DNA of 64,000 nt from Mobula hypostoma. Its lineage: Eukaryota. Every line of letters starts with the position of its first letter. Within the stretch, counting starts at the first letter, position 1. The position numbers and the translations under genes are program-made. The stretch is from NCBI RefSeq assembly GCF_963921235.1, contig NC_086097.1, positions 48,734,001-48,798,000 of the forward strand, given 5' to 3'. Below, one piece after another: positions 50,979-64,000 of the stretch. The notes beneath the pieces are model-generated. The model had not been told where the DNA came from. It did not search any database and worked only from the letters and a program-made list of their open reading frames with translations.

Positions 50979-53900
50979 CTTATTTGTTCATTCATCATCT
51001 GTCTGGGCATAGTAGTGAATGGCTCTGCGGCAGTGTTTTGTACTCTGTGTGGGATGTGGGAAGTCTGCCAGATAAACTCATCTGTACCAGCTACACTGAG
51101 CTACAGCTCCTGAGAGAACAAATCAAGGAACTAGAGTTGCAGCTTGATGACCTTTGACTCATATGGGAGAATGAAGAGATGATAGACAGGAGCTACAGGG
51201 AAGTGATCACCCCTAGGTTGAAATAGGCAGGTAACTGTGTGACTGTCACAAGAAGGGGAGGGGATAATTGAAGCCGGTGCAGAGTGCACTAGTGGTCATT
51301 CCCCTCAAAAGTAAGTAAATAACTTAAAATACTTTTGAGGGGGATGACCTAGAAGGGGAGTCACAGTAACCAGGCCGCTGGAACTGAGTCTGATGCTGCG
51401 GGTTAGAAGAGCAGATAGGTGAAGAGGACTGTAGCATTGATTCTTTTAGTCAGATGAGGTTCTGTGGGTGTGATAGAGACAGCCGACTGGTATGTTGCCT
51501 CCCTGGTGCTAGGATCAGCGATGTCTTGGGTCAGGTCCATGGCTTTCTCTAGGGCGAAGGTGAGCAGCCAGAAGTCTTGGTACATATTGGCACCAATGAC
51601 ATAGGTTGACAAGGTGAGGAGGTCCTGAAGAAAGATTTTGGGGAACTAGGTAGAAAGCTGAGAAACAGGTCCTCCAGGGTAGGATTGCTACCTGTGCTAC
51701 ATGCCACATGGGTCAGCCATGATGAATTGGGGGAGCAGATTTGATGGGCCAGATGGCCTAATTCTGCTCCTATGTCTTATGGAATACCAATATATTCCTC
51801 ATTATTTTAAAGCTGTATTTGCACAATAGCCCTTCATACTCCATAGAGGTTATGTGGGATTATGTAGAATACCCAGCTCTCTTAAATACAAGCATTTATA
51901 TCTCTAACTTCAAAATCATCTTCCCCTGAACTAACTTGCTATCTGGCAACAACTCACCCCCCCCCCCCCGCCCCCACCAAGTGATTTCTTAAAGCCATGT
52001 TCTTGTTAAAAATACAGCTGCATTGTGCATGAAAAGCACCAAGGAACTGAAAAGTGATCTTTGCTCTTTTGAAAGCTACTCAAGATCTGGAGTGGGTCAC
52101 TGATGCTCTGAAGAGGCAAAATGTCCTTTTTGTAGGTGGTGGGAAGATTGCCCATGTGTTTCCTGTGCAATGTTAATGATAGAAGAACTACAGGTCTGTC
52201 AAACACTATTTAAGGAACTGTGCTTGTCCCTGATCCCTTCTGTCCTTTCTTTCTTCACCTTACTTGGCAGGTGGTTACAGTCACTAATATAGCTGACATG
52301 TAGCCTGGTAAATGGGCAGAATGGGAAGTATAGGGCAAGGAAAATGTTGATATAAAGGAAGAAATACAGAAACATAACTACCTCCTGGTGGAAAATGATG
52401 TGAGGGGCAACAACAATCTAAAGCCCACTCCAGTGCCCGACTCAGACAATTACCCCATGTTCCTCTAATTCACATTTCACCAAATCATGTGCTGGGTCAC
52501 TTGCTTCCTGACATCAGCTCAGATAATTTTGTCAGTGTTAATGTAGGTGAAAATATGGTTCTGAATGAAATTTAGAGCAGAAGTGACCCCAAGTACTGAG
52601 AATTTGGTGAAAAATTTGAGCTTTCTCGGTATAGGGTAAAGAGAAGTAGATCTATGGCTGCAAGGCCTGAACTTGTCACAATGTTATCTAAACACCTTTC
52701 ACAAGTGTGGGCTAAGGTCGCACTCTGTGGATGCCCCCTGTGGACAAGGTAGTACTGTCTAATTTTAGCTATTGACAAAAACTGAAGTCAACTCCATTGC
52801 CTCCACATTTCTTCCACATTAAAATAATTCACCACTTTATAAATACTTGTGCACTATGTGGACTGTAACGTCAAATCTCCTGGGAATTGAATTTACTGAC
52901 TAAAGTGCACCAGCATTTCACTGTTGAATCGAGTGATTTTTTTTTGGGTTTAAAAGTAAGTGATTTTCCAATCTGCATGATTTCCAAACATTTAGAATGT
53001 GGGAAAATATAATTTAAGGCGTGGGATATTTTTTTCTAACATAACTTCATTGTTGCTTTGATCCAAAATGATAACTGATTCCTTTTGCCCAAATAAAAAC
53101 CATATTTAACCTTTGTACATTAAAATGGAAATAATTACTGATATTGGACAATTATATAAAAAAAAGTAGTAAATTTGTTCATAGGCACTTTTTTGGAAAT
53201 CAGGGAGGTCCAGTAATTTTATCAAAAGTCTCTATTTTCCACAGATAACATTGTTTAAAGATCACAATGCTAGCCCATGGTTTGTCTGTATCTAACACTG
53301 CAGCTGGCTTTTTTGGCTATAGTGGGTAGGAGGAGAACTGCTCAAGCAGGTTTAATTTCATCATAGATTGCTAACAGTACTCTAATTATAGTTCTGGGAA
53401 TCATAGTCCATTGGTTTTATCAATGTTTACCTTTGGCTAACTTCTATTTTGGGGATAAAGACACCTGTTCTCACGGCTACCTTGAACAACTAATGCTTTT
53501 AGTGGTGTTTACTTTTATCCAAATGACTTTTTGGCCATCATATGCCAAGGAGTTCTTTATCAAATCTTTCCTGATGTTTTTTCATGAGATTGCTGTATTG
53601 CTGTAAACAATAATAGTGATTATTGGCGTTTGCAAATATTCAAATATGGCTTGGCAAACCTGAGGTCTGAAGCAATAGAACATTATTTGATGCTGAAGAC
53701 GACAATCTTTCATTTAGGGTTCCTGACCTTTTTTATGTCATGGACCTCTACCATTAACTGAACTTTCTGCTGCTATTAAAATGGTTTGTATTGTACAGGA
53801 ACGTCGGAGTCGATGTCTATACTAATAAGGTCCTTTTGGTTCCCTAGGCATAAATTAAAGTAACTTTGCACATAAGTAGATTGGATTTGTTAGCTGAAAA

Positions 53901-54609
53901 TCAGTGCTAATAAGACATCAATGGCTTCAGAGTGGTAGCAGGAGATATACATTGCCCCATTAATGCCAACACAGCAACCCTACCATTTTGGAATGGTTGC
54001 AACTCTAGCTTGGTCGTGAGAATTAGAATTCTGTACAGTTGTCCTCCTGAATTCACAGATTTATTGCTGGCCATTGCTACTCTGGACTGCCAACCCTCGC
54101 TTCACCACTCACTTTTACTCTGATCGTTACTCGTCCTTCCCTTCCAAACTTGTGGTGGTAGGTGCATTGTCCTTACCTACATATTTGTGATGCTGTTGCA
54201 AGCAAGTGTTTCATTGTGCCTACACCTCACTGTACTTGTCCATATGACAATAAACTTGACTTCACTTGACCTGACCTGTCCTGCCTGCCTGTTCAGTGCA
54301 GGAACTTCATGAAAAAATGCTTCTACTTAAACGACTAGAAACTACCTAACAAACCAGCCATGATGTCTCACCGCAGCTCACAGCTCACCAGTTCTCTCAG
54401 AGTCAATAGTTAAAAATTCTTTGCAGTCCCCTGTACTCCAAATTGGAAGTAATCAGCTTGTACCAATGGTCACCTGCCTGTGAATTAAAGTCTACCCAGT
54501 TGTTTAATGTCAGAGGGGAAATTCTAACTCCTCAAAATCTGTTGCACAACCACTATGTATGCAATGGATTTGACCCATTTATAATGAAAAAGGTTTTTAC
54601 CTGGCATGT

Positions 54610-55245
54610 ACTATATGGAGTAAACGGCAGGGCACTTAGGAACATTGATCTACAGAGAGATCTTGGGCTGCAAATCCAAAGCTCCCTGAAAGAGGACAGG
54701 ATGGTATAGAAGGCATATGGTATCCTTGCCTTTATCAGTCAGGGGATTGTAATTGTTGGCTAATTGCAGTTCAGCTGTGTAGTATTTTGATTAGGCCACA
54801 TATTGAGTGTTGTGTACAGTACTGATTGACACACCATAGGAAGGATGTGGCGGATTTGAAGAAGATGCAGCAAGGTTGTTGGAGTTTTGGAGGCTAAGGG
54901 GCAGCTTGATAGAAGTGTATAATATTATGAAAGACCTAGAGACGGGACAGAATCAGAGTCCTTTTCCCAAGATGGAAATGTTAAATTCTAGAGAACTTAA
55001 GTTTAAGATAAGGGGGAAAGTTTAAAAAGAAATTTATAAACAATTTTGACATAGAAAATTTGGCAAGTGTCTGGAATGTACCACCAGGGGAAATGGTAGA
55101 ATCAGATATGACAACAACATTTAAGACAGATCCATGAAGAGCCAGGGAACAGATGGTTACAGATCCTGTGCAGGCAGATAGGATAGAGTTTAGATTGCCT
55201 TCGTGGGTTGGAGGGCATCTTCCTGTGTTGTACTGTTCAATGTTT
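54610..55245 (+). mobile_element. Old CR1 3' fragment, followed by a Penelope-like tail to ~55340
   Basis: QRDLGLQI and IRPHIECCVQ remnants plus CR1 3' UTR. Confidence 0.65.
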
Positions 55246-58169
55246 TGTTTCTCTTCAGATGCTGTCTAACCTGCTGAGTTTTTCCAAACTTTTCTATTTT
55301 GTCCAAGACTTCCAACATTTGCAACATTCTGCTTTTGTCTCAGAATATTTATTAGTTAGTTTGAGAAAGTTGATCATTAGCCTCAAATTGGTGCTTAAAG
55401 GAATGCCTCTTCCTTCAGGACATGGATAGTACTCTGTAATGCACGGATAAGGTGTGGAAATAACCACATTCTCACTTTTCATAATGGATTTATCTCATGG
55501 GATGAAGAGTGCAGTCCAGGACGTGAAGTGCACTCTCTATTCATTACTGCTGAACTAATAAATGGAGGAAAATAATAATGCAGCACCAATAAGCTACCTG
55601 TCAGAGATAATTAACTCTTCATTGACACTCACCGACTCTCTTTTTTTGAGGGTGGTTACTCTGATTGGGTACCAGAACAATTTGACCATTAAAATATTTT
55701 ATTCAAACCCTTGTTTGAGTTTGGATATCAAGGATAAAAATTATTAGGACCTGGTGTACCCATCTTTTTCCTATGAATTGCCCACTGTACTTTTGGACAT
55801 GCTGTTGTCAACAAGGTACAGTATGCAATTTCTGGACATTCACTGCAAGTCCCCCATTCTGTTTCCTGGCATCAGTACACTTGCAATGGAAGATGATCAA
55901 GGATGGGACCTTGGCCGTTAATTTTTTCCTCCTCAACCCTCCTAGTCCAGAGGAGTAAGACCAACAGGTTTGGTTAGGATCATATCAGTCATTGAGTCTT
56001 GCAGATCGTTTGCCTATATGAAAAGATATACATTGATTTCATAAAGAGAGTCCTCTGGGTTTCTGTCTCTGGTGATATGGGGGTAAATGGTAAAAAGTGG
56101 AACAAGATAAGGTAGAGAATGAGAAACTGGGATCCTGTTTTCTTTTCTGAAAAATGCAAATCCAAGTTCAGATATCACAATTCATCACGTGCTCTACTCC
56201 TGGAGTAAAATATTGCAACCTCCGTAGATCATAGAAAGAGGTAAGATCAAAATTTAAGCTAATATCCACACAAAGTAAATTTTAAACAAGTGTGAGCTAT
56301 ACCGTTCTGGGATACAAACTGCTTTGAAGTGAGTTATTAGCAGACACAGCTTTGCAGCTTATTGAAGTTTCTTTTTCATCACAATTGCTTTCTGCATTGG
56401 TCATAATTCTTAACCATTCCCATCAAGGGAGTGTAATGGAAGAAGAAATGATGAGCTATAATGAAGGGCTACTTTGTCTCGCTTACTGGAAAAGAGCCAA
56501 GGTAAGAGCTGACACTATACTTTATATAAGCTTCAAATTGTACTGCTTATGAGAATGTGTAATTAATGAAAGGATTTTTTTGTTCTGCAGTAATAAATAA
56601 ATTACACAAGAGTGCAGTTTGTTAAAAATAAGTACACATGTGTATTGTAATTCATGTGCTGGGTATATGATAACACCAATTAAGACCCATAATATTGCCT
56701 CAGAATTGTCCTCCTTTGACACGGCAGCAATGTAAACTGTACATCAATTTTATTATCACAATGTCCTCCAGATCCTCCTGCTATTTGCTTGAAATATCTG
56801 CTTTCTTTAATGTTTTCCCTTGTAGAAACTATGAATGCTGCACAGAAGAGGATGGTGTTTAATCTACTATTTATGTTTCTGACTCTGACATAATGGTAGT
56901 CTGCCCATTGTAGCACTTTATTCTATCACCTCACTATTTCTCAATAGGAACATTTATTGCTGATTACATTTGTTCATGATTAAGCATTCCTTCCTTCAAA
57001 TGCTGCACAGACCCACTAAACACATCTCTCACTCAACCTAATCCCATCCATCAAATCACAACTTCCACTATTCTGCATCATTTATGTCACCTAGACAACT
57101 CAAAATCAACAAAATTATAGGAGAGGAAAGACAGCTTGAATCCTCTGTAATTGAATTTGTACACTCCTGGTTCATAACTCTTCAATTACAGTTTTTTATA
57201 AATATGGCATCCTAGTTATACTGTCTAATTGCTGGGAAGTATTGCATTTGAAAACTATAATTCTGTTGAACTAAGTAGAAGTGGTAGAGGTGATACAATA
57301 GTATCGCAATGCACTATTAAGCAATAAAAACAAAGATTAAGTCCCTACGGTGATCTAAATACATTCTGTACTGAAGTTATTAAAATAGTTCAGAGAAAAT
57401 CAGATTTATAATAGCAGATGTCTAGACTCTGGACGCATCACTGGAGGAGTTTGCATTTGCTCACATGTGTAATGTGACCTTGGTCTATGCAATTGGTAAC
57501 ATGTCATAATTTTTTATTATGACATAAAGTATTTTGATGTAGGTCTTATCCTGCTCTCAATGGATGGTCTATTGAACCAAGTAGAAGTCCTTTCTGATTA
57601 CTAAAACAATTGTTAAATTTCAGGTGCAATAAAGTTTTACAGCAAAGCTGGTTTATCATCCGTGTGATCAAATCTTTCAAACCACCATCAAATCTACAAT
57701 AAGAGTTCTAGGACAGAAATACTAAACAAATATATCTGGTTTTCAATTTGGTAAGCGCTTCTAAGTTCTCAAGCTGAAGCTGCTGGATCAGAATAGGACA
57801 ACTGATAAAATGATATCCTGGGCCTGATTAATGGAGCTTAGAGGGAACAACTGTCAGTAAAAGGCTATTGCCATATTTTCGTGAACATGTTGCACAAATC
57901 ACTTTTATTGGATAGAGTACCATCTCCCAGAGCTTCAGATCATCCGTTAAGATGCCACTTCTATAACAACTAGAGTGCAATGATCAAAGTCTTACACAGG
58001 CCTGAATTTAATGAATCAAGGAAGTGTTGCAGGAGTAGGGGATCTTGCCTGATTCACCCAGTAAAATATTGCAGACAAAGCATTAGCAATAGAAGCACAA
58101 GACTTATGGATGCAGGCACAGAGCTGTTCTACCAGTAATATGAGCAGATTGCTGATTAACCGAAAAGAA

Positions 58170-58650
58170 TTTGTGGCCTTCTCATCCAGAGAAAGCCCTC
58201 CCAACCATTGAGCACAACTACATGAAACGATGTCATAGGAAAGCAGCATCCATCACCAGAGACACTCACCACACAGATCATGCTCTCTTCTCACCACTGC
58301 CATCAGGTAGAAGGTACAAGAGCCTCAGGACTCACACCACTAAGTTCAGGAACAATTACAACCCTTCAAACACCAGACTCTTAAACAACAAGGGATAATT
58401 GCACTCACTTGCCCATCCTTTGAGATGTTCCCACAAGCAATGAACTCACTTTATCTTGTTATTTCATATTCTTGTTATTTATTGCTATTTATTTATATTT
58501 GTATTTGCACAGTTTGTTGTCTTCTGATTGATATTTCATTTATCCTGTTAAGGTTACTATTCTATAGACTTGCTGAATATGCCCACAGAAAAATGAATCT
58601 CAGAGTTGTACGTGGTGACATATATGTACACTGATAATAAAATTTAGTTT
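58170..58650 (+). mobile_element. Rex1/L2-like LINE 3' fragment
   Basis: KAASITRDTHHTDHALFSPLPSGRRYKSLRTHTTKFRN plus 3' UTR. Confidence 0.75.
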
Positions 58651-59199
58651 AAAGAGTGGTATATCCTTAATGAAAATACCCTACCAAGCAGCTAATAATG
58701 AGAAACACGTTAGAAGACCTCAAAAAAGATATAGAGAGTTAAAATTTCAGGTTGTCAGTCTTCCATCAGGAGAGGAGGATGCTGATAAACCAGTGAATGT
58801 TTTCCATTGTTATTTTCCACACCACCGGATCCACCCCACCTTCACTATTCTGCCTCAAGCAACAGTGTTTTCTCATCTAATTTCTCCCAGTTCTTGTAAG
58901 CAGCCATTGGTCTAAAGTATTAGCAATGGAAAATGTTGGAAAAACTCAGTACATCGGTTAGCGTCCATGGAGCCATCAACAAAATTATCAGAAGGAGAGA
59001 GAAGAATGAATGTGGCAAAGAGATGAAGGCTGATGTGACCCAGGGGCATGGTTGTATTAATTGCATGTGAGCAAGGCCAGCATGTAATGCCCATCGCTAA
59101 TTGCTCTTGATTAAGAGACGATGAGCTGTCTTCACAATCTGCTGCAGTTGCTCTGGTGAAAGTATTCCCACAATGATATTTGGCAGAAGGCTCCAGAAA

Positions 59200-61326
59200 A
59201 TAGAACGTAGAACATTGACATTTACAGTACAGTACAGGACATTCGGCCCACAATGTTGTGCAGGCCATGTAACCTACTCTAGAAACTGCCTAGAATTTCC
59301 CTACTGCATACCCCTCTATTTTTCTAAACTCTATGTACCTATCTAAGAGACTCTTAAAAGACCCTATTGTAGCTGCTTCCACCACCGCCGCCGGCAGTGC
59401 ATTCCACGCACCCACCACTCTCTATGTGGAAAAACTTACCCCTGGCATCCCCTCGGTATCTATTTCCAATCACTTTAAATCTATGCCCCCTCATGTTAGC
59501 CATTTCAGCCTTGGGAAAAAGGCTCCTGCCAACCACACGATCAATGCCCCTCATCATCTTATACATCTCTATCAGGTCACCTCTCATCCTCCGTTGCTCC
59601 AAGGAGAAAAGGCCATGTTCACTCAACCTATTCTCATAAGGTACGCCCTCCAATCCAGGCAACATCCTTGTAAATCTCCTCTGCACCCTTTCTATAGTTT
59701 CCACATCCTTCCTGTAGTGAAGTGACCAGAACTGAACACAATACTCCAAGTGGGGCCTGATCAAGGCCTTATATAGCTGTAACATTACCTCACGGCTCTT
59801 GAACTCATTCCCACAATTGATGAATGCCAACACACCATTCGCCTTCTTAACAACACTGTCGACCTGCACAGCAGCATTGAGTGTCCCATCGACAGGGAAC
59901 CCAAGATCTCTCAGATCCTCCACACCGCCAAGAGTCTTAACATTAATATTATATTCTGCCTTCAAATTTGACCTACTAAAATGAACTACTTCACACTTAT
60001 CTGGGTTGAAATCCATCTGCCACTTTTCAGCCCAGTTCTGCATCCTATCAATGTCCCGCTGTAACCTCTGATAACCCTTCAGACTATCTACAACACCCAC
60101 AACCATTGTGTCATCAGCAAACTTATTAACCCACCCTTCTACTTCTTCATCCAGGTCATTTATAAAAATCACAAATAGGAGGGGTCCCAAAACAGATCCC
60201 TGTGGAACTCCACTGGTCACTGATCTCCATGCAGAATATAAACTATTTACAACCACCCTTTGTCTTCTGTGGGCAAGCCAATTCTGGATCCACAAAGCAA
60301 GGTCTCCTTGGATCCCATGCCTCCTTACTTTCTGAAGGAGCCTTGCATGGGGAACCTTATAAAATGCCTTACTGAAATCCATATACACTACATCCATTGC
60401 TCTGCCTTCATCAATGTGTTTTGTTACTTCCTCAAAGGATTCAATCAGGCTCGTAAGGTACAACCTACCTTTGACAAAGTCATGCTGACTATCACTAATC
60501 ATATTATGTCTCTCCAAATGTTCATAAACCCTGCCTCTCAGGATCTTCTCCAACAAATTGCCCACCACTGAAGTCAGACTCACTGGTCTATAATTTCCTG
60601 GGTTATCTCTATTCCCTTTCTTGAACAAGGAAACAACATTTGCAATCCTCCAATCCTCCGGTACTTCTCCCTTTCCTATTGATAATGCAAAGATCATCTC
60701 AAGAGCCTCAGCAATCTCCTCCCTCACTTCCCACAGTAGCCTGAGGTATATCTCATCTGGTCCTGGTGACTTATCTAACTTAAAGCTTTTCAAGAGCTCC
60801 ATCACATCATGTTTCTTAATGTCTATATGCTCAAGTGCTTCAGTCCACTGTAAGTCATCTCCACAATTGCCAAGGTCTTTTTCCCTCGTGAATACTGAAT
60901 CAAAGTATTCATTAAGTACCTCCGCTCCCTCCTCCGACTCCATGCACACATTTTCACTATTGCACCTGGTTGGTCCTATTCTCACACATCTCATCCTCTT
61001 GCTCTTCACGTACTTGAAGAATGCCTTGAGGTTTCTCTTAATCCTGCTCACCAAGGCCTTCTCATGGTCCCTTCTGGCTCTCCTAATTCCATTCTTAAGC
61101 TCTGTCCTAGTAACCTTGTAATTTTCTGGAGCTTTAACAGTACCTAGTTTCTTGAATCTTTCATATGCTTTTCTTTTCTTCTTAACTAGTTTTTCTATAT
61201 CCTTTGTACACCATGGTTCTTTAACCCTGCCACCCTTTCCCACCTCAGTGGAATATACCTATGCAGAACTCCATGCAAATGTTCCCTGATCATTTGCCAC
61301 ATTTCTGCCATACATTTCCCTGAGAC
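59200..61326 (-). mobile_element. 5'-truncated CR1 with a 629-codon open RT frame (59354-61243)
   Basis: NYRPVSLTS, MDFSKAF, GVPQGSVLGP, KFADDT, RPHLEYCVQFW; TTCTA-type 3' tail. Confidence 0.93.
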
Positions 61327-61914
61327 CATGTGGGTTTCCTCCTGGGCTCTTATTTCCCCCCACATTCTGAAGATGTACCATTAGGATTAATGAATTGTGG
61401 GCAGGCTACATTGGCGCAGGAAGTGTGGCGACACTTGTGGATTGATTTGATTTGACGCAACGGATGCCTTTCACAGCATGTTTCGATGTATCTGAGGCAA
61501 ATAGATCTAATCTTTATCTTTTATCGAAAGCTTTTCTACAATTTACAAGGCACAAAATAGGATTGTGGTGGAACACTCTTCACTTCCCTGACTGAGCGGC
61601 CTCAGTAGAACTCAACAAGTTCAACTAAAACATCTTCTTTATTGACATCCCATCTATCACTTTAAATATTTACTCCCAGCACATTGAAGTAAGTTCTTGC
61701 TACCTAAAAAATGTCAAGCAGTTATTTGTTAAGGCGACTGCAAGAGCAGTGCCTAAACTGATCTCTCCAACTTAGAAAGATGATGACTAAAAGCTGAAAA
61801 TTCTCCACCAAATTAGGTATCAACCTTCATCATTTCTATAATGTCATGCCCGTTACAGAGACTTGGCTGTCTCAGGAGCAGGAATGGCTGCTGACTGTGC
61901 CAGGCTTTAGATGT

Positions 61915-62430
61915 TTCAAATCCCTCACTACAGGAAGGATGTGGAAACCATAGAAAGGGTGCAGAGGAGATTTACAAGGATGTTGCCTGGATTGGGGAGC
62001 ATGCCTTATGAAAACAGGTTGAGTGAACCTGGCCTTTTCTCCTTGGAGCGACAGAGGATGAGAGGTGACCTGATAGAGGTGTATAACATGATGAGAGGCA
62101 TTGATCATGCGGATAGTCAGAGGCTTTTTCCCCAGGGCTGAAATGGTTGCCACAAGAGGACACAGGTTTAAGGTGCTGGGGAGTAGCTACAGAGGAGATG
62201 TCAGGGGTAAGTTTTTTACTCAGAGAGTGGTGAGTGCATGGGATAGGCTGCCGGCAATGGTGGTGGAGGTGGATACGGCAGAGTCTTTCAAGAGACTTTT
62301 GGATAGGTACATGGAGCTTAGAAAAATAGAGGGCTATGGGTAACCCTAGTAATTTCTAAGGTAGGTTCATGATCGGCACAACTTTGTGGGCCAAAGGGCC
62401 TGTATAGACTGTAGGTTTTCTATGTTTCTA
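61915..62430 (+). mobile_element. CR1 3' fragment
   Basis: HYRKDVETIERVQRRFTRMLPG; TTTCTATGTTTCTA tail. Confidence 0.9.
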
Positions 62431-63490
62431 AAGATTGGCAGAAAGATCATTTGAAGGAAAGTCAACTATGATAAAATAAATGTACCAGGTTTTCAATTGA
62501 GGCAAGCAACTCATGACTATTTGAAAGTCAAATCTCAGAGAGCCTGGCAATGGATAAGCTGCTCTGAATGAATAACATTTAAGGTTAGATATGGAAAGAG
62601 ATTTTGAGTTGCTTAAATGCTATTTTTTCTTCTTATATGCTGCTGTCAAGGAAACTGACCTAGTTCGAAGAAGTCACTGTGGCTACACACAGTAAAATAA
62701 CCTGCAATTTAATTCCAGGTACCTTCTATGAAAATCAAATGACAAAATATTTCTCTGCACAAGTGATAGTACGATATTTTTATTGCTGTTTTATAGTGGT
62801 GTCATCTTCAGCACCTCAATATCCTATTGATCTTTATAAAGAAAGATGAAAGGTACAGACAATTTCAGACTAAAAGATTATGTTTGCATTGATGGATAGC
62901 AGCATTGCCAAGTGCACTGGTCTTCCTCTTTATTCATAATAACTGTGTCAGCAACACTTAAATAGTCATAATATTGGTGAAGTCTAACAATATTCTTTAT
63001 GTTCAGTCTCAGAAAGGAAATTCCACAACTAAGTATGCCAACGAGATGATAATTCTTGACACTTCTGATGTAAAATATGCAAAAAATTGATGTCTGGATG
63101 ACCAGACTCACCTACTCAGATGGTTCAAGCCTAAATGGTTCTCACACCAATGAAATACGCAAAATTTAAGAAAGGTCTTCATTGGTGAACTACTTAAATA
63201 ATTTGCTAAATGTGCTGGCAAGGTGATGCCAGTTTCTCACATGTAATACCGCAAGGAGGATTTCCTCCTCTATTTTGCTGATGTGTCACACACCTTGGTT
63301 TCATTTATTTAAGTTACATAACTCATGACACCACAGCAAAATGCCCTTACTCCTGCTTCATGTTAGGGGAGATGACTTTCGGAGATCAGTTTAAAATAAA
63401 ACTTGATTTTTGGAGTGTGCTGAAGCCGTGACTGCTAGAAATGACTATGGAACCCTTGAAGGAGGTCATTTCAAGGGTTTGGTCAGATAA

Positions 63491-63860
63491 TGAGTGGCAG
63501 GGTGGAGATACGGCTCTAATAAAGGAGGTGTAAGGTGCTCCTTCCCTCCACTAGCCTACAGGTCACCCTTGGGCAAGATGTAGCACCTGCTTAGCCCTCC
63601 CCCCCCCCCTCAAATGGGAGCAGGTGGTGGATGGTCATATGAGCAGCTGGCGCACATCACAAGTCCTGGTTATGTGACCACTGATACTGGGCAGACAATC
63701 TCTGAAGAGTATTGATAATGGCTGGTGTCACCCATCTTGTAAAGACACTTCCTAGAAGAAGGCAAAGGCAAAGCAATTCTGTAGGAAAATTTGCCAAGAA
63801 CAACGATGGTCATGGACCATGATCACCAACATCATATGACATGCACATAGTAATGATGAT
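63491..63860 (+). mobile_element. RTE/Bov-A-like SINE
   Basis: AGAAGAAGGCAAAGGCAAAGC...TTGCCAAGAA Bov-A-like motif and (GAT)n tail. Imperfect TSD TGGTCAGATAA/TGGTCACACAA. Confidence 0.65.
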
Positions 63861-64000
63861 GGTCACACAAAGCTAAAGTACCACAAGGAGCTAATATCCT
63901 TTCCCATTGAGGGCTAAATAAACAGGTGGCAAGCTGAGATGAAGGGTGGACAAATACAACAGCAAGAACTTCAGCAAGACTACATGGCAACTGAGGATGA

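Larger units (their letters stand above)
49600..51782 (+). mobile_element. Old CR1 5' UTR/ORF1 remnant joined to a CR1 3' tail, hosting two insertions
   Basis: 51010-51710 matches the ORF1 at 26817-27728 (ELQLDDL, CCLPGAR, VHIGTND); ends in CCTATGTCTTATGG. Confidence 0.7.

Noticed and set aside
63491..63610. Second HDV-like ribozyme at the head of the RTE-type SINE
   Set aside because: Several hairpins are present, but I could not place an L3 TYCHCG*Y motif or a consistent P1/P2 pseudoknot.
1..64000. CRISPR array or prokaryotic defence system
   Set aside because: No regularly spaced repeats or operon-like gene density; all RT and nuclease ORFs belong to eukaryotic transposable elements.

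Overview
Eukaryotic, AT-rich, repeat-dense intronic or intergenic DNA with no recognisable intact host protein-coding gene. The mix of CR1 (esterase ORF1), Rex1/Babar-L2-like, RTE, Nimb/I-type and Penelope elements with V-SINE-like SINEs suggests a cartilaginous fish, probably a ray (inference). Nearly all long ORFs are transposable-element remnants: a near full-length CR1 (23.7-28.2 kb), two Gypsy LTR elements, a 3.35-kb hAT with perfect TIRs, an RTE LINE, an RNase H-bearing LINE and several MITEs, often nested with readable TSDs. Three observations stand out. (1) A 665-bp non-autonomous RTE element starts exactly at G1 of a near-complete HDV-like ribozyme fold with a large structured J1/2 insert. 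(2) The hAT transposon carries a Tigger/pogo CENP-B-type HTH segment upstream of its transposase. (3) An inverted tRNA-Ser-primer plus U5 'strong-stop' fragment is inserted in a Gypsy pol gene. Decayed Penelope minimal hammerheads, a long foldback MITE and enhancer-like motif clusters are also present. All alignments were made by eye.
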